A stretch of DNA of 64,000 nucleotides from an uncultured Verrucomicrobiae bacterium (lineage in GTDB: Bacteria; Verrucomicrobiota; Verrucomicrobiia; Limisphaerales; Palsa-1400), in NCBI GenBank assembly GCA_963764165.1, contig CAVXRD010000002.1:3328001-3392000 (forward strand). The letters run 5' to 3'. Positions within the stretch are counted from its first letter, which is position 1; each line of letters opens with the position of its first letter. Both the position numbers and the translations under genes were made by a program. Below, piece by piece: positions 49,325-59,743 of this stretch. The notes under the pieces are model-generated. The model saw only the letters and a program-made list of their open reading frames with translations. It was not told the DNA's origin and did no database searches.

Positions 49325-50221
49325 CTAACTTACCATCCAATTCATGATCGCCTTCTGGCAATGCAAGCGGTTGCCAGCCTGATCGAAAATGGTTTCGGCG
49401 TTGGCCTCGAAGGTGGCCTCGTCGATTTCCTTGCCGCGGTAGGCAGGAAGGCAGTGCATCACCAGCGCGCCGGGATTGGCGAGCTTGACGAGAGTCTCGT
49501 TCAATTGATAGCCAGCCAGGTCGCGAATTCTTTCGGCCGACTCCGTTTCCTTGCCCATTGAAACCCAGACATCCGTATACAAGAGATCCGCCCCTCGCGC
49601 GGCGCCGCGCACATCTTCGGTGCAAATGATTTTCCCGCCGGACCGTTTTACAAGCTCGGGCGATGGCTGGAATTTTTTCGGGGCGGCGATGCGCAATTCA
49701 AAATCCAGCGCCGCTGCCGCAAAAATCCAGGAGGCCGCCACATTGCACGCGCCATCGCCAATGAACACAACGCGCTTGCCCGTGATGGGGCCGCGTTTTT
49801 CCTGGTAGGTGAAAATATCTGTTAAAATCTGGCACGGATGCTCCTGGTCGGTCAGCGCGTTGATCGTCGGGAGACGGGAGAATTGGGCGAACTCCTCGAC
49901 ATCAAATTGCGCGTAGGTGCGGATGACCGCGCCGTGAATCATCTTGCCGAGGACGCGTGCGGTGTCCTTGATCGGCTCGCCGCGGCCGAGCTGCACCTCG
50001 ATATTGCTCAGGAACATGACCTCGCCGCCCAGCTCGCGAATGCCGACTTCAAACGAGACGCGCGTGCGGGTGGACGACTTCGAGAAGAGCAGAGCCCAAA
50101 TTTTTCCCTTCAGCGGGAATGACGTGTGGCGGCCGCGCTCCTTTTTCATGGGAGCCGAGGCGGCAAGGATTTCCTCCATGTCCCGCCGCGTCATTTTTTC
50201 GAGGCTTAATACGTTTTTCAT
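49325..50221 (-). CDS. argF: Ornithine carbamoyltransferase
   Basis: SSTRTRVSFE, HPCQ, YTDVWVSMG, MHCLP. Confidence 0.96.
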   Translation of the reverse strand: MKNVLSLEKMTRRDMEEILAASAPMKKERGRHTSFPLKGKIWALLFSKSSTRTRVSFEVGIRELGGEVMFLSNIEVQLGRGEPIKDTARVLGKMIHGAVIRTYAQFDVEEFAQFSRLPTINALTDQEHPCQILTDIFTYQEKRGPITGKRVVFIGDGACNVAASWIFAAAALDFELRIAAPKKFQPSPELVKRSGGKIICTEDVRGAARGADLLYTDVWVSMGKETESAERIRDLAGYQLNETLVKLANPGALVMHCLPAYRGKEIDEATFEANAETIFDQAGNRLHCQKAIMNWMVS

Positions 50222-51516
50222 GGCGACAATTTTGTTGCGACCGATTCAATCAGCCGGACAGCTTCCACTGCTTCGGCATGAGACAAATTCAATGGCGGCA
50301 GGAAACGGATGACGCGCGTTCCCGCCGGAACAGCCAGCACGCCCGCTTCATGCAGCAAGTTGACGAACTGGATCGCCGCCGCTTTTTCGCTTCCGGCAAA
50401 GGCGGGGATCTTTTCCGCCAGCTCAATGCCAATCATTAGACCAAGCCCGCGCACCTGGCTCACGATATTTGGGAGCTTGGCGGCGATGCGATGGAATTCC
50501 GCGACAATAAAATCACCCATCCCGCGTGCGTTCGCAGCCAGGCCATCGCGCTCGATGACTTCAAACACCTTCAATGCCACCGCGCAAGCCAGCGGGCCGC
50601 CGCCATAGGTGCTGCCGTGGGAGCCGGGCCCCAGCAAATCCGCAAACGGCGCCCTTGCCCAAAACGCGCCAATCGGAAAACCGCCGCCCAGCGCTTTCGC
50701 CATGGAAATGCCGTCCGGCAGAAAGCTTTCGGCCTCCGGCGAAGGCGCGCCTTCGAGAATGCGCTGGTAGCTTTGAAACCGGCCGGTCCGAAAATGGCCG
50801 CATTGCACCGAATCCATCAACAGCAGCAATTTCCTTTCGTTGCACAGCTTGCGCAGGCCCAAAAGATATTCGGGCGTGGCGGGCGTGACGCCGCCTTCGC
50901 CCTGCACGCCTTCAATCAAAATCGCCGCCGTGGAAGGGGAGATCGCGTTGCGCGCCGCTTCCAAATCATTGTAGGGAATGTGGCGGAATCCCGGCACCAT
51001 CGGTTCAAAACCCTTCTTGACCTTCGCCTGGCCGGTCGCCGAAATTCCCGCCAGCGTGCGGCCGTGAAAGGAGTTTTCCGCGGTGAGAATTTCGAAGCGG
51101 CCTTCGTCGTGGCCAAATTTCCGGGCCAATTTGAAAAGCCCTTCCGCCGCTTCGCCGCCGCTGTTGCAGAAAAAAACTTTTCCAGGGCCGATGCTGGCGA
51201 CCAGCTTTTCGGCGAGCAAACCTTGCGGGCGCTGGTAATAGAGATTGGAAATGTGCGATAGCTTTCCCGATTGCTCGATCAACGCGGCGGTAATATCCGG
51301 CGAAGCATGGCCGAGGGCGCACACCGCAATGCCGCCGCCGAGATCAAGGTAGCTCTTGCCGTTGACATCCCACACACGCGAGCCTTCGCCGCGCTCGAGC
51401 GCGATATCGAACCGCCCATAGGACGGAATGACGTTCTTGCGAAACCGATCCTGGATGGATTGGAATTCGTTTCTGACGACGGCGGCGGAGGGAGGGGGTG
51501 ATAGGATTTCTCTCAT
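50218..51516 (-). CDS. argD: Acetylornithine aminotransferase
   Basis: Class III PLP enzyme: FHGRT, E.VQGEGG, D.VQ.G..RTG, AK.LGGG.P, HGST.GG; between argB and argF. Confidence 0.92.
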   Translation of the reverse strand: MREILSPPPSAAVVRNEFQSIQDRFRKNVIPSYGRFDIALERGEGSRVWDVNGKSYLDLGGGIAVCALGHASPDITAALIEQSGKLSHISNLYYQRPQGLLAEKLVASIGPGKVFFCNSGGEAAEGLFKLARKFGHDEGRFEILTAENSFHGRTLAGISATGQAKVKKGFEPMVPGFRHIPYNDLEAARNAISPSTAAILIEGVQGEGGVTPATPEYLLGLRKLCNERKLLLLMDSVQCGHFRTGRFQSYQRILEGAPSPEAESFLPDGISMAKALGGGFPIGAFWARAPFADLLGPGSHGSTYGGGPLACAVALKVFEVIERDGLAANARGMGDFIVAEFHRIAAKLPNIVSQVRGLGLMIGIELAEKIPAFAGSEKAAAIQFVNLLHEAGVLAVPAGTRVIRFLPPLNLSHAEAVEAVRLIESVATKLSP

Positions 51517-51683
51517 TTTTCAGATCGCGCGAAAGGGGCCCGTGGCTGCGGAACCGGGCTGCGGCAAAGCCACCAGCGCCGTGTCCGCGCCAGTTGCTTT
51601 GAGCAAATTGAATGCTTCACCGATTAACATAAAAAGCAATGATGCTATATTGTCGATTGCCATTCAATCCCAGCCGCCAAAAA

Positions 51684-52559
51684 TTACGCGACCAATTCCG
51701 TGCCGATTCCTTCGTCGGTAAGAATCTCCAGCAGCACCGCGTGAGGCACGCGTCCATCGACGAGCGACACTTTTTCCACACCCGCCTCCAAGGCGGCCAG
51801 GGCGGCGTCGATTTTGGGGATCATCCCCTTGTCAATAACACCGGATTTTTTCAGCGCCCGTGCCTCGGTTGCCGGAAGGCGCGAGATGAGTGTCGCGGGA
51901 TCTTTGGGATCGCGCATCACGCCGGGGACGTCGCTCATGAAAATCAGCCGGGGCGCGTTCAAATCGATGGCAAGGCGGGCGGCCGCGGTGTCGGCATTGC
52001 AATTGTAAAGCTCGCCGTTTTCGCCGCGCGCGGTCGGGCTGGTCACCGGCATGGTGGCGTTGCGAAGGCATTCAAGAATGGGCGCGATGTTGGCGGAAAC
52101 GGCTTCGCCGAGAAATCCCGCATCGAGCTTCTTTCCCTCGGGTGTGTCAATTAGAAGTTTGCGGGCCGCGAAAATGTCCGAGCCGGAAAAGCCTTTTGCC
52201 TTCCCGCCCAGCGCCGCGATGGCGGCCACGACTTCCGGATTGATCTCGCGCGAGAGGACGCGTTCGACCACTTGCATGGTGGGTTCGTCCGTCACGCGCA
52301 GGCCCTGGATGAAACTGGCTTTGAGGCCGGATTCCTCCATGGCCCGCGTGATAGCTTTGCCGCCACCGTGAACGACGACCGGGCGAATGCCCACCGCTTC
52401 AAGAAAAACCAAATCACGCGCCACCCCGGTGCGCACGTCGGGATCCGGCGAATCCATGAAGCTGCCGCCGTACTTGATGACAAAAATCTTGCCGCGAAAG
52501 CGCTGCAGATAAGGCAGCGCTTCCAGGAGCACGCTCGCTTTGGAAATTAAATCCCGCAC
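51684..52559 (-). CDS. argB: Acetylglutamate kinase
   Basis: EALPY, IKYGG, VHGGG, GLRVTD, N.NAD, GMIPK, LLEI.T..G.GT. Confidence 0.96.
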   Translation of the reverse strand: MRDLISKASVLLEALPYLQRFRGKIFVIKYGGSFMDSPDPDVRTGVARDLVFLEAVGIRPVVVHGGGKAITRAMEESGLKASFIQGLRVTDEPTMQVVERVLSREINPEVVAAIAALGGKAKGFSGSDIFAARKLLIDTPEGKKLDAGFLGEAVSANIAPILECLRNATMPVTSPTARGENGELYNCNADTAAARLAIDLNAPRLIFMSDVPGVMRDPKDPATLISRLPATEARALKKSGVIDKGMIPKIDAALAALEAGVEKVSLVDGRVPHAVLLEILTDEGIGTELVA

Positions 52560-52686
52560 GTAATAGTTTCAGATACGTCAACCCACGAGGTTTGCAACTT
52601 AAATTCTGGCGAAACCTTCCGTTGCCTCATGATCGGAATGCTGGCATCGTTTGCTGCGGCCTGTTGCTGACGCCACGACTCTAATT

Positions 52687-54015
52687 ATGAATGCGAACGA
52701 AAATTCCAACATGCCGCGCCGCGCGTTTGTCCGCGGCCTGGCCGCCATCGGATTGCTGCCGCTTCTCGAGACCCAAGCCAAAGCGGGCGATCTCGCTGGC
52801 GTGCCCGTCACGGAGATCCCGAAAAAATGGCCAGATGCGGACAGCTCGCATTACTGGCCGTGGATCCGCGGTCAATTTACGATTCCCTCCGACCAAGCTT
52901 ACTTCAACACCGGCACGCTCGGCGCCAGCCCGCGCCCGGTCACGGAAGCGATGGTTGACAGCGTGCGCAACACGGAAAAAACCATCGCCGATTACGATTA
53001 TCGCGCTGAGCATGCGGAATACATCGCCGGTTACCGCTCGCAACTCGATTTGCGCGGAAAAGCGGGCGGCATTATGAACGCTTCCGCCGCCGAGATCGGC
53101 CTGGTGCAGAACGCCACGGTGGCCTTGAATCTCGTTGCGCACGGCCTCGATTTGAAAGCGGGCGACGAAGTGCTGCTCACCGACCAGGAACATCCGGGCG
53201 CGTCGGGCGTTTGGGATTTGCGGGCGAAACACGATGGAATCGTGGTGAAGAAATTGCCGATCACGATTCCCGCCACGGACCCGCAAGCCATCGTCAAAAC
53301 ATTCGCTGATGCCATTGGCCCGAAGACGAAAGTCATCGCCGTGCCGCACGTCACCAGCCGTTATGGAATCGTGCTGCCGGTGAAGGAGCTTTGCGATTTG
53401 GCCAGGGCGCATTCGATTTTCACTTTGATTGACGGCGCGCAAGCCCTTGGCATGTGGCGGGTGAATGTCAAACAAATAGGCTGCGACGCCTACGCCGCCA
53501 GCCCGCACAAATGGCTGCTTGCGCCTCCTGGAAACGGCCTGCTCTTTGTCCGCGAGGATCGCGTCAAGGATGTGTGGGCGACGTTGGCCAGCGGGCATTG
53601 GAACGATTACGATGCGGCAACCGGCACATTCCGCCTGACGCAGTACGGCACCGCCAGCCCCTCGCTTCTCGTGGGACTGGACGCCGCGATGGATTTTTAT
53701 TTGCGCATTGGTCCTGAACGCGTCGAAAAGCGCAGCCTCGAACTGGCCAACCGGCTGCGCGCGGGATTGCAGCAAATCCAAGGAGTGGAAATCGCCTCGC
53801 CCGTTCACCCAGCGCTGGCGGGGGCGATTGTGACTTACGGAATTGACGGCGTTACGGGCCTGGATTTGCAGGACAAACTTTGGGCGCGCAAGCACAAGCG
53901 CATTCGCGTCCGCGGGCAGGGCGGCAAGCTCGTGCGCCAATCGGTGCATTACTACAACAGCCCGGAGGAAATCGACGACACCCTCGAAATGGTGCGGGCA
54001 TTGGCGGTTAAGTAA
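52687..54015 (+). CDS. Tat-exported class V PLP-dependent enzyme (isopenicillin-N epimerase / cysteine desulfurase-like)
   Basis: PRRAFVR Tat-like signal; YFNTG.LG, NAT, EHP, DGAQ, SPHKWL.AP.G.G. Confidence 0.85.
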   Translation: MNANENSNMPRRAFVRGLAAIGLLPLLETQAKAGDLAGVPVTEIPKKWPDADSSHYWPWIRGQFTIPSDQAYFNTGTLGASPRPVTEAMVDSVRNTEKTIADYDYRAEHAEYIAGYRSQLDLRGKAGGIMNASAAEIGLVQNATVALNLVAHGLDLKAGDEVLLTDQEHPGASGVWDLRAKHDGIVVKKLPITIPATDPQAIVKTFADAIGPKTKVIAVPHVTSRYGIVLPVKELCDLARAHSIFTLIDGAQALGMWRVNVKQIGCDAYAASPHKWLLAPPGNGLLFVREDRVKDVWATLASGHWNDYDAATGTFRLTQYGTASPSLLVGLDAAMDFYLRIGPERVEKRSLELANRLRAGLQQIQGVEIASPVHPALAGAIVTYGIDGVTGLDLQDKLWARKHKRIRVRGQGGKLVRQSVHYYNSPEEIDDTLEMVRALAVK

Positions 54016-54146
54016 AGTAAACGGCGCTTGCCGTTTTCGCTGAAAAATGCAGCCTGATTGCAAGTATTGACGAGACAGCCCGTATAGGGTGAGCGGGAAA
54101 GCGCGTTGCGCTTGACTAAGTCTCATGAACTCATGCTTGAAACAAT

Positions 54147-54500
54147 ATGAAAACGATTGCGAAATATTCCGCTCTCACCGCCGCCGGTGGCATCCTGCTC
54201 CTGGCGGGCTGCATCGATCACTCCGAGACTGTCACATATAAGGAGCCGGAGCGAATGAAGATCGAATTCCAAAACGAGAAAGCCGGCCGCGTCTTCTACG
54301 AGGCGCTGAGTAAAATGCCTTATTCCGGCGGCACTGAATCACGCACCGAGGTGTCAATCCCGGTGGTCTTCGAACATAAATACGTCGTCAAGACAGGCGA
54401 CAACGCCAAGTTTAACGAAGCCGTCAAACGCTGCGATACCAACAAGGACGGCGTCATCACCGAGGGTGAAGCCGACATTTTTGCAAGCCAGTTTCATTGA
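54147..54500 (+). CDS. Hypothetical lipoprotein with a C-terminal EF-hand-like loop
   Basis: LAGC lipobox; DTNKDGVITEGE. Confidence 0.7.
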   Translation: MKTIAKYSALTAAGGILLLAGCIDHSETVTYKEPERMKIEFQNEKAGRVFYEALSKMPYSGGTESRTEVSIPVVFEHKYVVKTGDNAKFNEAVKRCDTNKDGVITEGEADIFASQFH

Positions 54501-54516
54501 CAGCGTGAGCGCGAAG

Positions 54517-55917
54517 CTATTTGGCGAGGTCAATGCAAACCAATCTGCCTTCGCCGCGCAAGTAGAGTTTTTTGTGCGCTAGAATTGGGGCGGCCCAGCT
54601 TGGGTAGTGCAATTGCGGCAATTGGCAATGGCAGATTTCCTCGGGCTTGGCCGGGCTTGGCTTGAACAATCCGAGAATGCCGCCCTCGCCGAGCGTGATT
54701 AATTTTCCGTCGGCGAGGATGCTCGAGCCGCGCCCGTAAACAGTCGGTGTCAGAGTGCTGTGCGCGGGCCAGCTTTCGTCGACATCCCACATAAGTTTGC
54801 CTGTCTTGAATTCGACGCACCGCATGCGGGCGTCAGGTTCATTGCGACCGCTGCACGCATACAAATAGCCATCCAGGCAAATCGGCGTCGTCCAATGCAA
54901 TTCCATCGCGGTGCCTCGCCAAATCTCCTCGACGGCTTTGCCATCGGGTTTCACTCTCAGAAGCACCGAGCCAATTTTGTAGTAGGCGCCCGAGATAAAA
55001 ATCATGTCATCCACCACGATTGGGGACATCGCATTGACGGATTCGTTGACGGTGGAGCGAAACCAGAAACTGAAATTCACCGCCCCGGTTTTCGGATCCA
55101 CCGAAACAAGTCCCTGGCGCGTCAAACATAAAATCTGCCGCTGCCCGTGAATGGTGGCGGCCACCGGCGTCGAATAACTCGCCTGCTTGTCCCATGCCTT
55201 CCACTGCACTCTCGGTTCGCCTCGCACTCCGGTCATCACCACGCCATCCCAATTGCTCTGGCCCACGCTTTGCCACAGCGTTTTGCCGCTGGCGGGATCA
55301 AACGCCGCCAATCCGGAATTGGGCTGGCCGCCGACCATTACAATAAGCCGGCCATCTTCGAGAACCGGTGAAGTTCCGACACCGAAAAACGCCTCCGGCA
55401 CGTGAAACTCAGGACCGGTGTCGCGTTCCCAGACCTTGTGGCCGCCCGCCAAATCGAGGCAGAGCAATTTTCCCTCCGCGCCAAATGTGAAACAGAAATT
55501 GGAAGTGAGAAGCGGCGAGGATCGTGGCCCGTTGTTGTAGCCGTAGGGATCCGTAAAATGACTCGAATAGCGATAATTCCAAATCATTTTGCCGGAATCG
55601 GCGTCGAGGCACTCGACAATCTCCTCCTCTTCCAGGCGGTGATGCACAACCAGCCGCGAGCCAAGAACCGACGGCGCGCCGTAGCCCGTGCCGAGTGGCT
55701 TGTCCCAAACAACCTTCGGCCCACTCTCGGGCCAGCGATCCACTAAGCCTGTTTCGTCGGAAATTCCATTTGCGTGCGGCCCGAGAAATTGGGCCCAATC
55801 GTCGGAAGCAGAGGCAACACAATTAATGAATAAGAGAAAAGAAAGGGCGGCAAGCCGCGCCATTCGCTCCGGGTGAACTTCTGATTGGGCGCGCCTATGG
55901 AACATCGAGGCAGCCAT
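54517..55917 (-). CDS. PQQ-like beta-propeller repeat protein (BamB-like; start uncertain)
   Basis: DW.QFLGP...G, GPRSSP, repeated A.D..SGK..W, SYSTP, W..P.......LY.R. Confidence 0.85.
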   Translation of the reverse strand: MAASMFHRRAQSEVHPERMARLAALSFLLFINCVASASDDWAQFLGPHANGISDETGLVDRWPESGPKVVWDKPLGTGYGAPSVLGSRLVVHHRLEEEEIVECLDADSGKMIWNYRYSSHFTDPYGYNNGPRSSPLLTSNFCFTFGAEGKLLCLDLAGGHKVWERDTGPEFHVPEAFFGVGTSPVLEDGRLIVMVGGQPNSGLAAFDPASGKTLWQSVGQSNWDGVVMTGVRGEPRVQWKAWDKQASYSTPVAATIHGQRQILCLTRQGLVSVDPKTGAVNFSFWFRSTVNESVNAMSPIVVDDMIFISGAYYKIGSVLLRVKPDGKAVEEIWRGTAMELHWTTPICLDGYLYACSGRNEPDARMRCVEFKTGKLMWDVDESWPAHSTLTPTVYGRGSSILADGKLITLGEGGILGLFKPSPAKPEEICHCQLPQLHYPSWAAPILAHKKLYLRGEGRLVCIDLAK

Positions 55918-56227
55918 GAGACGCCCAAAATTTCCTCCAGGCGAGCCAAAACCGACGCGGAATCCGGCCGGAGCTACGGCTGTGTCGAAGACCAGCCGCG
56001 CTTGAATGCGCGCGCACCGGGCTTTTCATCATCACTCTCCCAAATGAGATGTTCATCGAATCACCCTGCGGACAAAATTACATCCAATCGTGTTCGAACT
56101 TGTGTTTTATCCCGCAAATCCTGCTCGACCTATCCGAATGACTTTTGGTTTCTCCCTCCGCGCTTGGGCGCGAGGCGAGTTTAATTTCAACTTGGAACGC
56201 GCCGCGCGGGCAGGTTATGTTCGCACC

Positions 56228-57037
56228 GTGGTCATTGACTTTGTGAAGATGGACGGCGCGGGCAACGATTTCATCATGATCGACAATCGTTCGCGCCAAA
56301 TTCAGTTGCAGCCCGAGCAGGTCGTGCGCTTGTGCGACCGGCACAAGGGAATCGGCGCCGATGGCATTATCATTTTAATTCCCTGCGATTCCGGCAAGGC
56401 GGATTGGGCCTGGGATTTTTACAACAGCGACGGCAGCTCGGCGGAAATGTGCGGCAATGGCTCCCGCTGTTTCGCGCGCTTCATCCAGCGCCTCACCGGC
56501 GTCAGCGGAAAAATCACCTTTGAAACGCGGGCCGGCATCATCACCGCCAACATCCATGGGGAGACCGTCACGGTTTACTTGACTCCGCCGCGCGATTTGA
56601 ATTTGCGCCAGAAAGTCCCGCTGAGCGTGGGTCCCAGCGAAATCCATTCGCTAAACACCGGCGTTCCGCACGCGGTCATGTATGTCCCCGACGCCGACAA
56701 GGCGATGGTGCAGCCGCTCGGCTCGGAAATCCGGCATCACCTGCATTTCGCGCCGCGCGGGACGAATGTGAATTTTGTCCAGCTGCTGGGCCCCGGCCAG
56801 ATCCGCGTGCGCACTTACGAGCGCGGCGTGGAAGGGGAAACGCTCGCCTGCGGCACTGGCGTAACCGCCTCGGCCCTGATCACCGCGGAACTGCGCGGGT
56901 TCGCCTCGCCGGTCAAGGTGCGGGTGCAAAGCGGAGACTCGCTGGAAATTAGTTTTGACAAAAAGGATGGGCAATTCAGCAATGTAGGCTTGTGCGGTCC
57001 GGCGGAATTTGCGTTCGAGGGAAGGGTTGAAGCCTGA
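56228..57037 (+). CDS. dapF: Diaminopimelate epimerase
   Basis: KM.GAGNDF, GIGADG, NSDGS.AEMCGNG.RC, GVPH, NVNF, TYERGV..ETLACGTG. Confidence 0.96.
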   Translation: MVIDFVKMDGAGNDFIMIDNRSRQIQLQPEQVVRLCDRHKGIGADGIIILIPCDSGKADWAWDFYNSDGSSAEMCGNGSRCFARFIQRLTGVSGKITFETRAGIITANIHGETVTVYLTPPRDLNLRQKVPLSVGPSEIHSLNTGVPHAVMYVPDADKAMVQPLGSEIRHHLHFAPRGTNVNFVQLLGPGQIRVRTYERGVEGETLACGTGVTASALITAELRGFASPVKVRVQSGDSLEISFDKKDGQFSNVGLCGPAEFAFEGRVEA

Positions 57038-58296
57038 TGGATCGCCAGTCGAGCCCGTACGCGGTGCTGCGTAACTGGGATTTTCTGTTCTATCTGACGG
57101 GGCGTTTCGTCGCGTCATTTGGGCAGCAAATGCTGACGGTGGCGGTCGGCTGGGAGCTTTACGAGCGAACGCACTCCACCCTCAAGCTCGGCCTGGTCGG
57201 ATTGACCGCCTTCATCCCGATGGTGCTGATGACGATCCCGGCGGGACACGTCGCCGACACGCGGGAGCGAAAAAAAGTCATCGTGTGGATGCAAGCCGTG
57301 ATGGCTTGCACATCTCTTGGCCTGGCGTGGGTTTCGTGGCAGCAGGCTCCCATTATCTGGATTTACGTATTCCTTTCCATTGCTGGCGTTGCGCGAACTT
57401 TTTTGTGGTCGTCCAGCGCTTCCTTTCTGCCGCAACTGGTCGGGCGCGCCGAATTTCCATTGGCGGTAACCTGGTCATCAAGCACGTTTCAGTTTTCGTC
57501 CGTGACGGGCCCCGCGGCTGGCGGAGCCATCATCGCGCTGACGCACAAGGCGCTGGACGTTTATATCTTCACATCCATCGCCGCGGTGATTTGCCTCATC
57601 ATGATCGGGTTGGTGAAAACCCACAGCAAACCGCCTCCGAGAGAGCCAATTTCCCTCGATATGCTGCTGGGCGGATTTCATTTTGTCTTCAGCCACCGAA
57701 TCATTCTGGCCGCAATCACGCTGGATTTGTTCGCGGTGCTGTTCGGCGGCGCGACCGCTCTGTTGCCGGTGTATGCGAAGGAGAAAGATTTGCTCGGCGT
57801 CGGGCCGCAGGGATTGGGATTGCTGCAGGCGGCGCTGCCGGTTGGCTCGATGATATGCGCGATGATCATGGCGCACCGCGCGCCGATGCAGAAGGCGGGC
57901 CGGTCGCTTATGTGGGCGGTCATCGTGTTTGGTTTGGCCACCATTGGATTTGGTTTCTCCCGCTCGTTCCCCCTTTCGCTGGTCATGCTCTTCATTTGCG
58001 GATTTGCCGACAACATCAGCGTCATCGTCCGCCACACGCTCGTGCAACTCCTCACGCCGGATGCGATGCGCGGGCGAGTATCCTCGGTTAACAACCTGTT
58101 TATCGGGACATCGAATGAATTGGGAGGATTCGAGTCCGGCGCGGTGGCGAGCCGATTCGGGCCGGTGTTCTCGGTGGTGTCCGGCGGAATCGCGACCATC
58201 GTCGTAGTTTTGGCGGTAATGGGATTTTGGCCCGAACTGGCGCGATTCGGCCAACTCGTCCAACCGCAGGACGAGAAAGCTGGATTGGGCAAATAG
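57037..58296 (+). CDS. MFS transporter (EntS/MefA-like)
   Basis: About 12 TMs; G.VAD...RK, LDLFAVLFGGA.ALLP, TPD.MRGRV, SNELG.FESG. Confidence 0.9.
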   Translation: MDRQSSPYAVLRNWDFLFYLTGRFVASFGQQMLTVAVGWELYERTHSTLKLGLVGLTAFIPMVLMTIPAGHVADTRERKKVIVWMQAVMACTSLGLAWVSWQQAPIIWIYVFLSIAGVARTFLWSSSASFLPQLVGRAEFPLAVTWSSSTFQFSSVTGPAAGGAIIALTHKALDVYIFTSIAAVICLIMIGLVKTHSKPPPREPISLDMLLGGFHFVFSHRIILAAITLDLFAVLFGGATALLPVYAKEKDLLGVGPQGLGLLQAALPVGSMICAMIMAHRAPMQKAGRSLMWAVIVFGLATIGFGFSRSFPLSLVMLFICGFADNISVIVRHTLVQLLTPDAMRGRVSSVNNLFIGTSNELGGFESGAVASRFGPVFSVVSGGIATIVVVLAVMGFWPELARFGQLVQPQDEKAGLGK

Positions 58297-58394
58297 TCAC
58301 GCCGGGCAGTGCAGACGCGGGAAAATATTGCAAACCGCCGAAGCGCCGCCAGATTCTCCCATCCGCCGGAACTCTCCGGCTCGATAGCAGCGCT

Positions 58395-58946
58395 CTACTT
58401 CCACTTGATATTGCAACCCATGCTCGGGGTTTGCTTTTCGGAAATTGGTTTGCCTGCCAGAAGCGCGTCGGTGGCCGCGCGAAGATCCTTGCCGGTGACG
58501 GGTGCGCCGTTGCCGGGGCGGGCGTCGTCGAATTGGCCGCGGTAAACGAGCTTTTGGCTGGCGTCGAACAGATAGATATCCGGGGTGCAGGCAGCTTGAT
58601 AAGCCTTGGCCACTTCCTGCGTTTCGTCGTAAAGATACGGGAAGATGTAACCGGCGGCCTTCGATTCCAGCGCCATTTTCGCCGGGCTGTCGTCGGGATA
58701 ATTCACCGCGTCGTTGGCGCTGATGGCGACCACCGCGACGCCGCGCGATTGGTAATCCCTGACATATTGCGACAGACCCGCCCGAATGTGTTTCACGTAC
58801 GGGCAATGGTTGCAAATGAAGAAAACCGCCAGCGCCTTGGCGGATTTGAAATCAGAGAGCGAATAAACCTTGCCGGCCGGATCCGGCAGCCGGAATTCCG
58901 GAGCCGTCGTCCCGAGCGGCAACATGGTGGATGGTGTCAATGCCAT
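58395..58946 (-). CDS. Thioredoxin-fold / AhpC-TSA family protein
   Basis: APEF.LP, CNHCPYV, PYLYDE.Q.VA..Y.A.CTPD, Y.G..DD, S.GC.IKW. Confidence 0.92.
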   Translation of the reverse strand: MALTPSTMLPLGTTAPEFRLPDPAGKVYSLSDFKSAKALAVFFICNHCPYVKHIRAGLSQYVRDYQSRGVAVVAISANDAVNYPDDSPAKMALESKAAGYIFPYLYDETQEVAKAYQAACTPDIYLFDASQKLVYRGQFDDARPGNGAPVTGKDLRAATDALLAGKPISEKQTPSMGCNIKWK

Positions 58947-59176
58947 GCCGGAAATGTAATGCGAGATGACCGGCTTTCAAACCAAAAGGGCCAAGGGCTG
59001 GCCACAGATTGACTCAACCGGAACCTTTGATCTTGAACAGGAGGGAGACCGAGAGCGCAGGGAAAGAATGCATTTCTTCTTCCCGACGCTGCTTTTTCAT
59101 CTCCGCGTCCTCGGCCTTCCTCCAGATGCGTCCGCCGTGGCTCGACTCCTTTCCGACCTTGCGCTATGTTTACACG

Positions 59177-59743
59177 GTGCGAGTGGCATTCAAAGAATGG
59201 GCGGTGGTGGTGGACGCGCTGCTGCGCGGCGAGCAGATCGTCATTTTGCGCAAGGGCGGCATCCGCGAAGGGCGCGGCGGGTTTCAAGTGGAACACCCGG
59301 AGTTCCTGCTTTTCCCCACCCTGTTCCATCAGCAGCGCGCTTCCGTCATTGAAAGCGCGCAGAAACGCTACGATGCCATCGCCCCCCATTTTCCACCGCC
59401 GGATTTATTGCGCATCGAGGGGTTTGCCCGTGTCGTTGGAGCGCGTCTGGTGGAATCATTGGCGGCGGCGCAGGAATTGCGCGGCCAGCACATCTGGCGC
59501 GGCGAGGTGATTGCGGACCGGTTTGATTGGGGCGGGGAAAAGCAAATCCACGCCATGGCGGTGCGCGTTTTTCGATTTGACACGCCCTGGACGCTTCCGA
59601 TGCGCCCCGCTTACGGCGGGTGCAAGTCGTGGATTGAGCTGGATGTGGAAATTCCCACGGGGCACTCCACGCCAGTTCTTTCGGACGAAGCGTTTGAACA
59701 AAAATTGGCTCCGTTTCAAAAAGCATTGGAACCAGCCGCATGA
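59177..59743 (+). CDS. DUF1802 family protein
   Basis: AFKEWA....AL..G.Q...LRKGGI.E, F.LFPT..HQ, YGGCKSW. Confidence 0.88.
   Translation: MRVAFKEWAVVVDALLRGEQIVILRKGGIREGRGGFQVEHPEFLLFPTLFHQQRASVIESAQKRYDAIAPHFPPPDLLRIEGFARVVGARLVESLAAAQELRGQHIWRGEVIADRFDWGGEKQIHAMAVRVFRFDTPWTLPMRPAYGGCKSWIELDVEIPTGHSTPVLSDEAFEQKLAPFQKALEPAA

Noticed and set aside
51605..51670. AT-rich argB-argD spacer with attgaatg...cattcaat inverted ends as ARG boxes
   Set aside because: The spacing does not fit 18-bp ARG boxes, so it cannot be supported from sequence alone.
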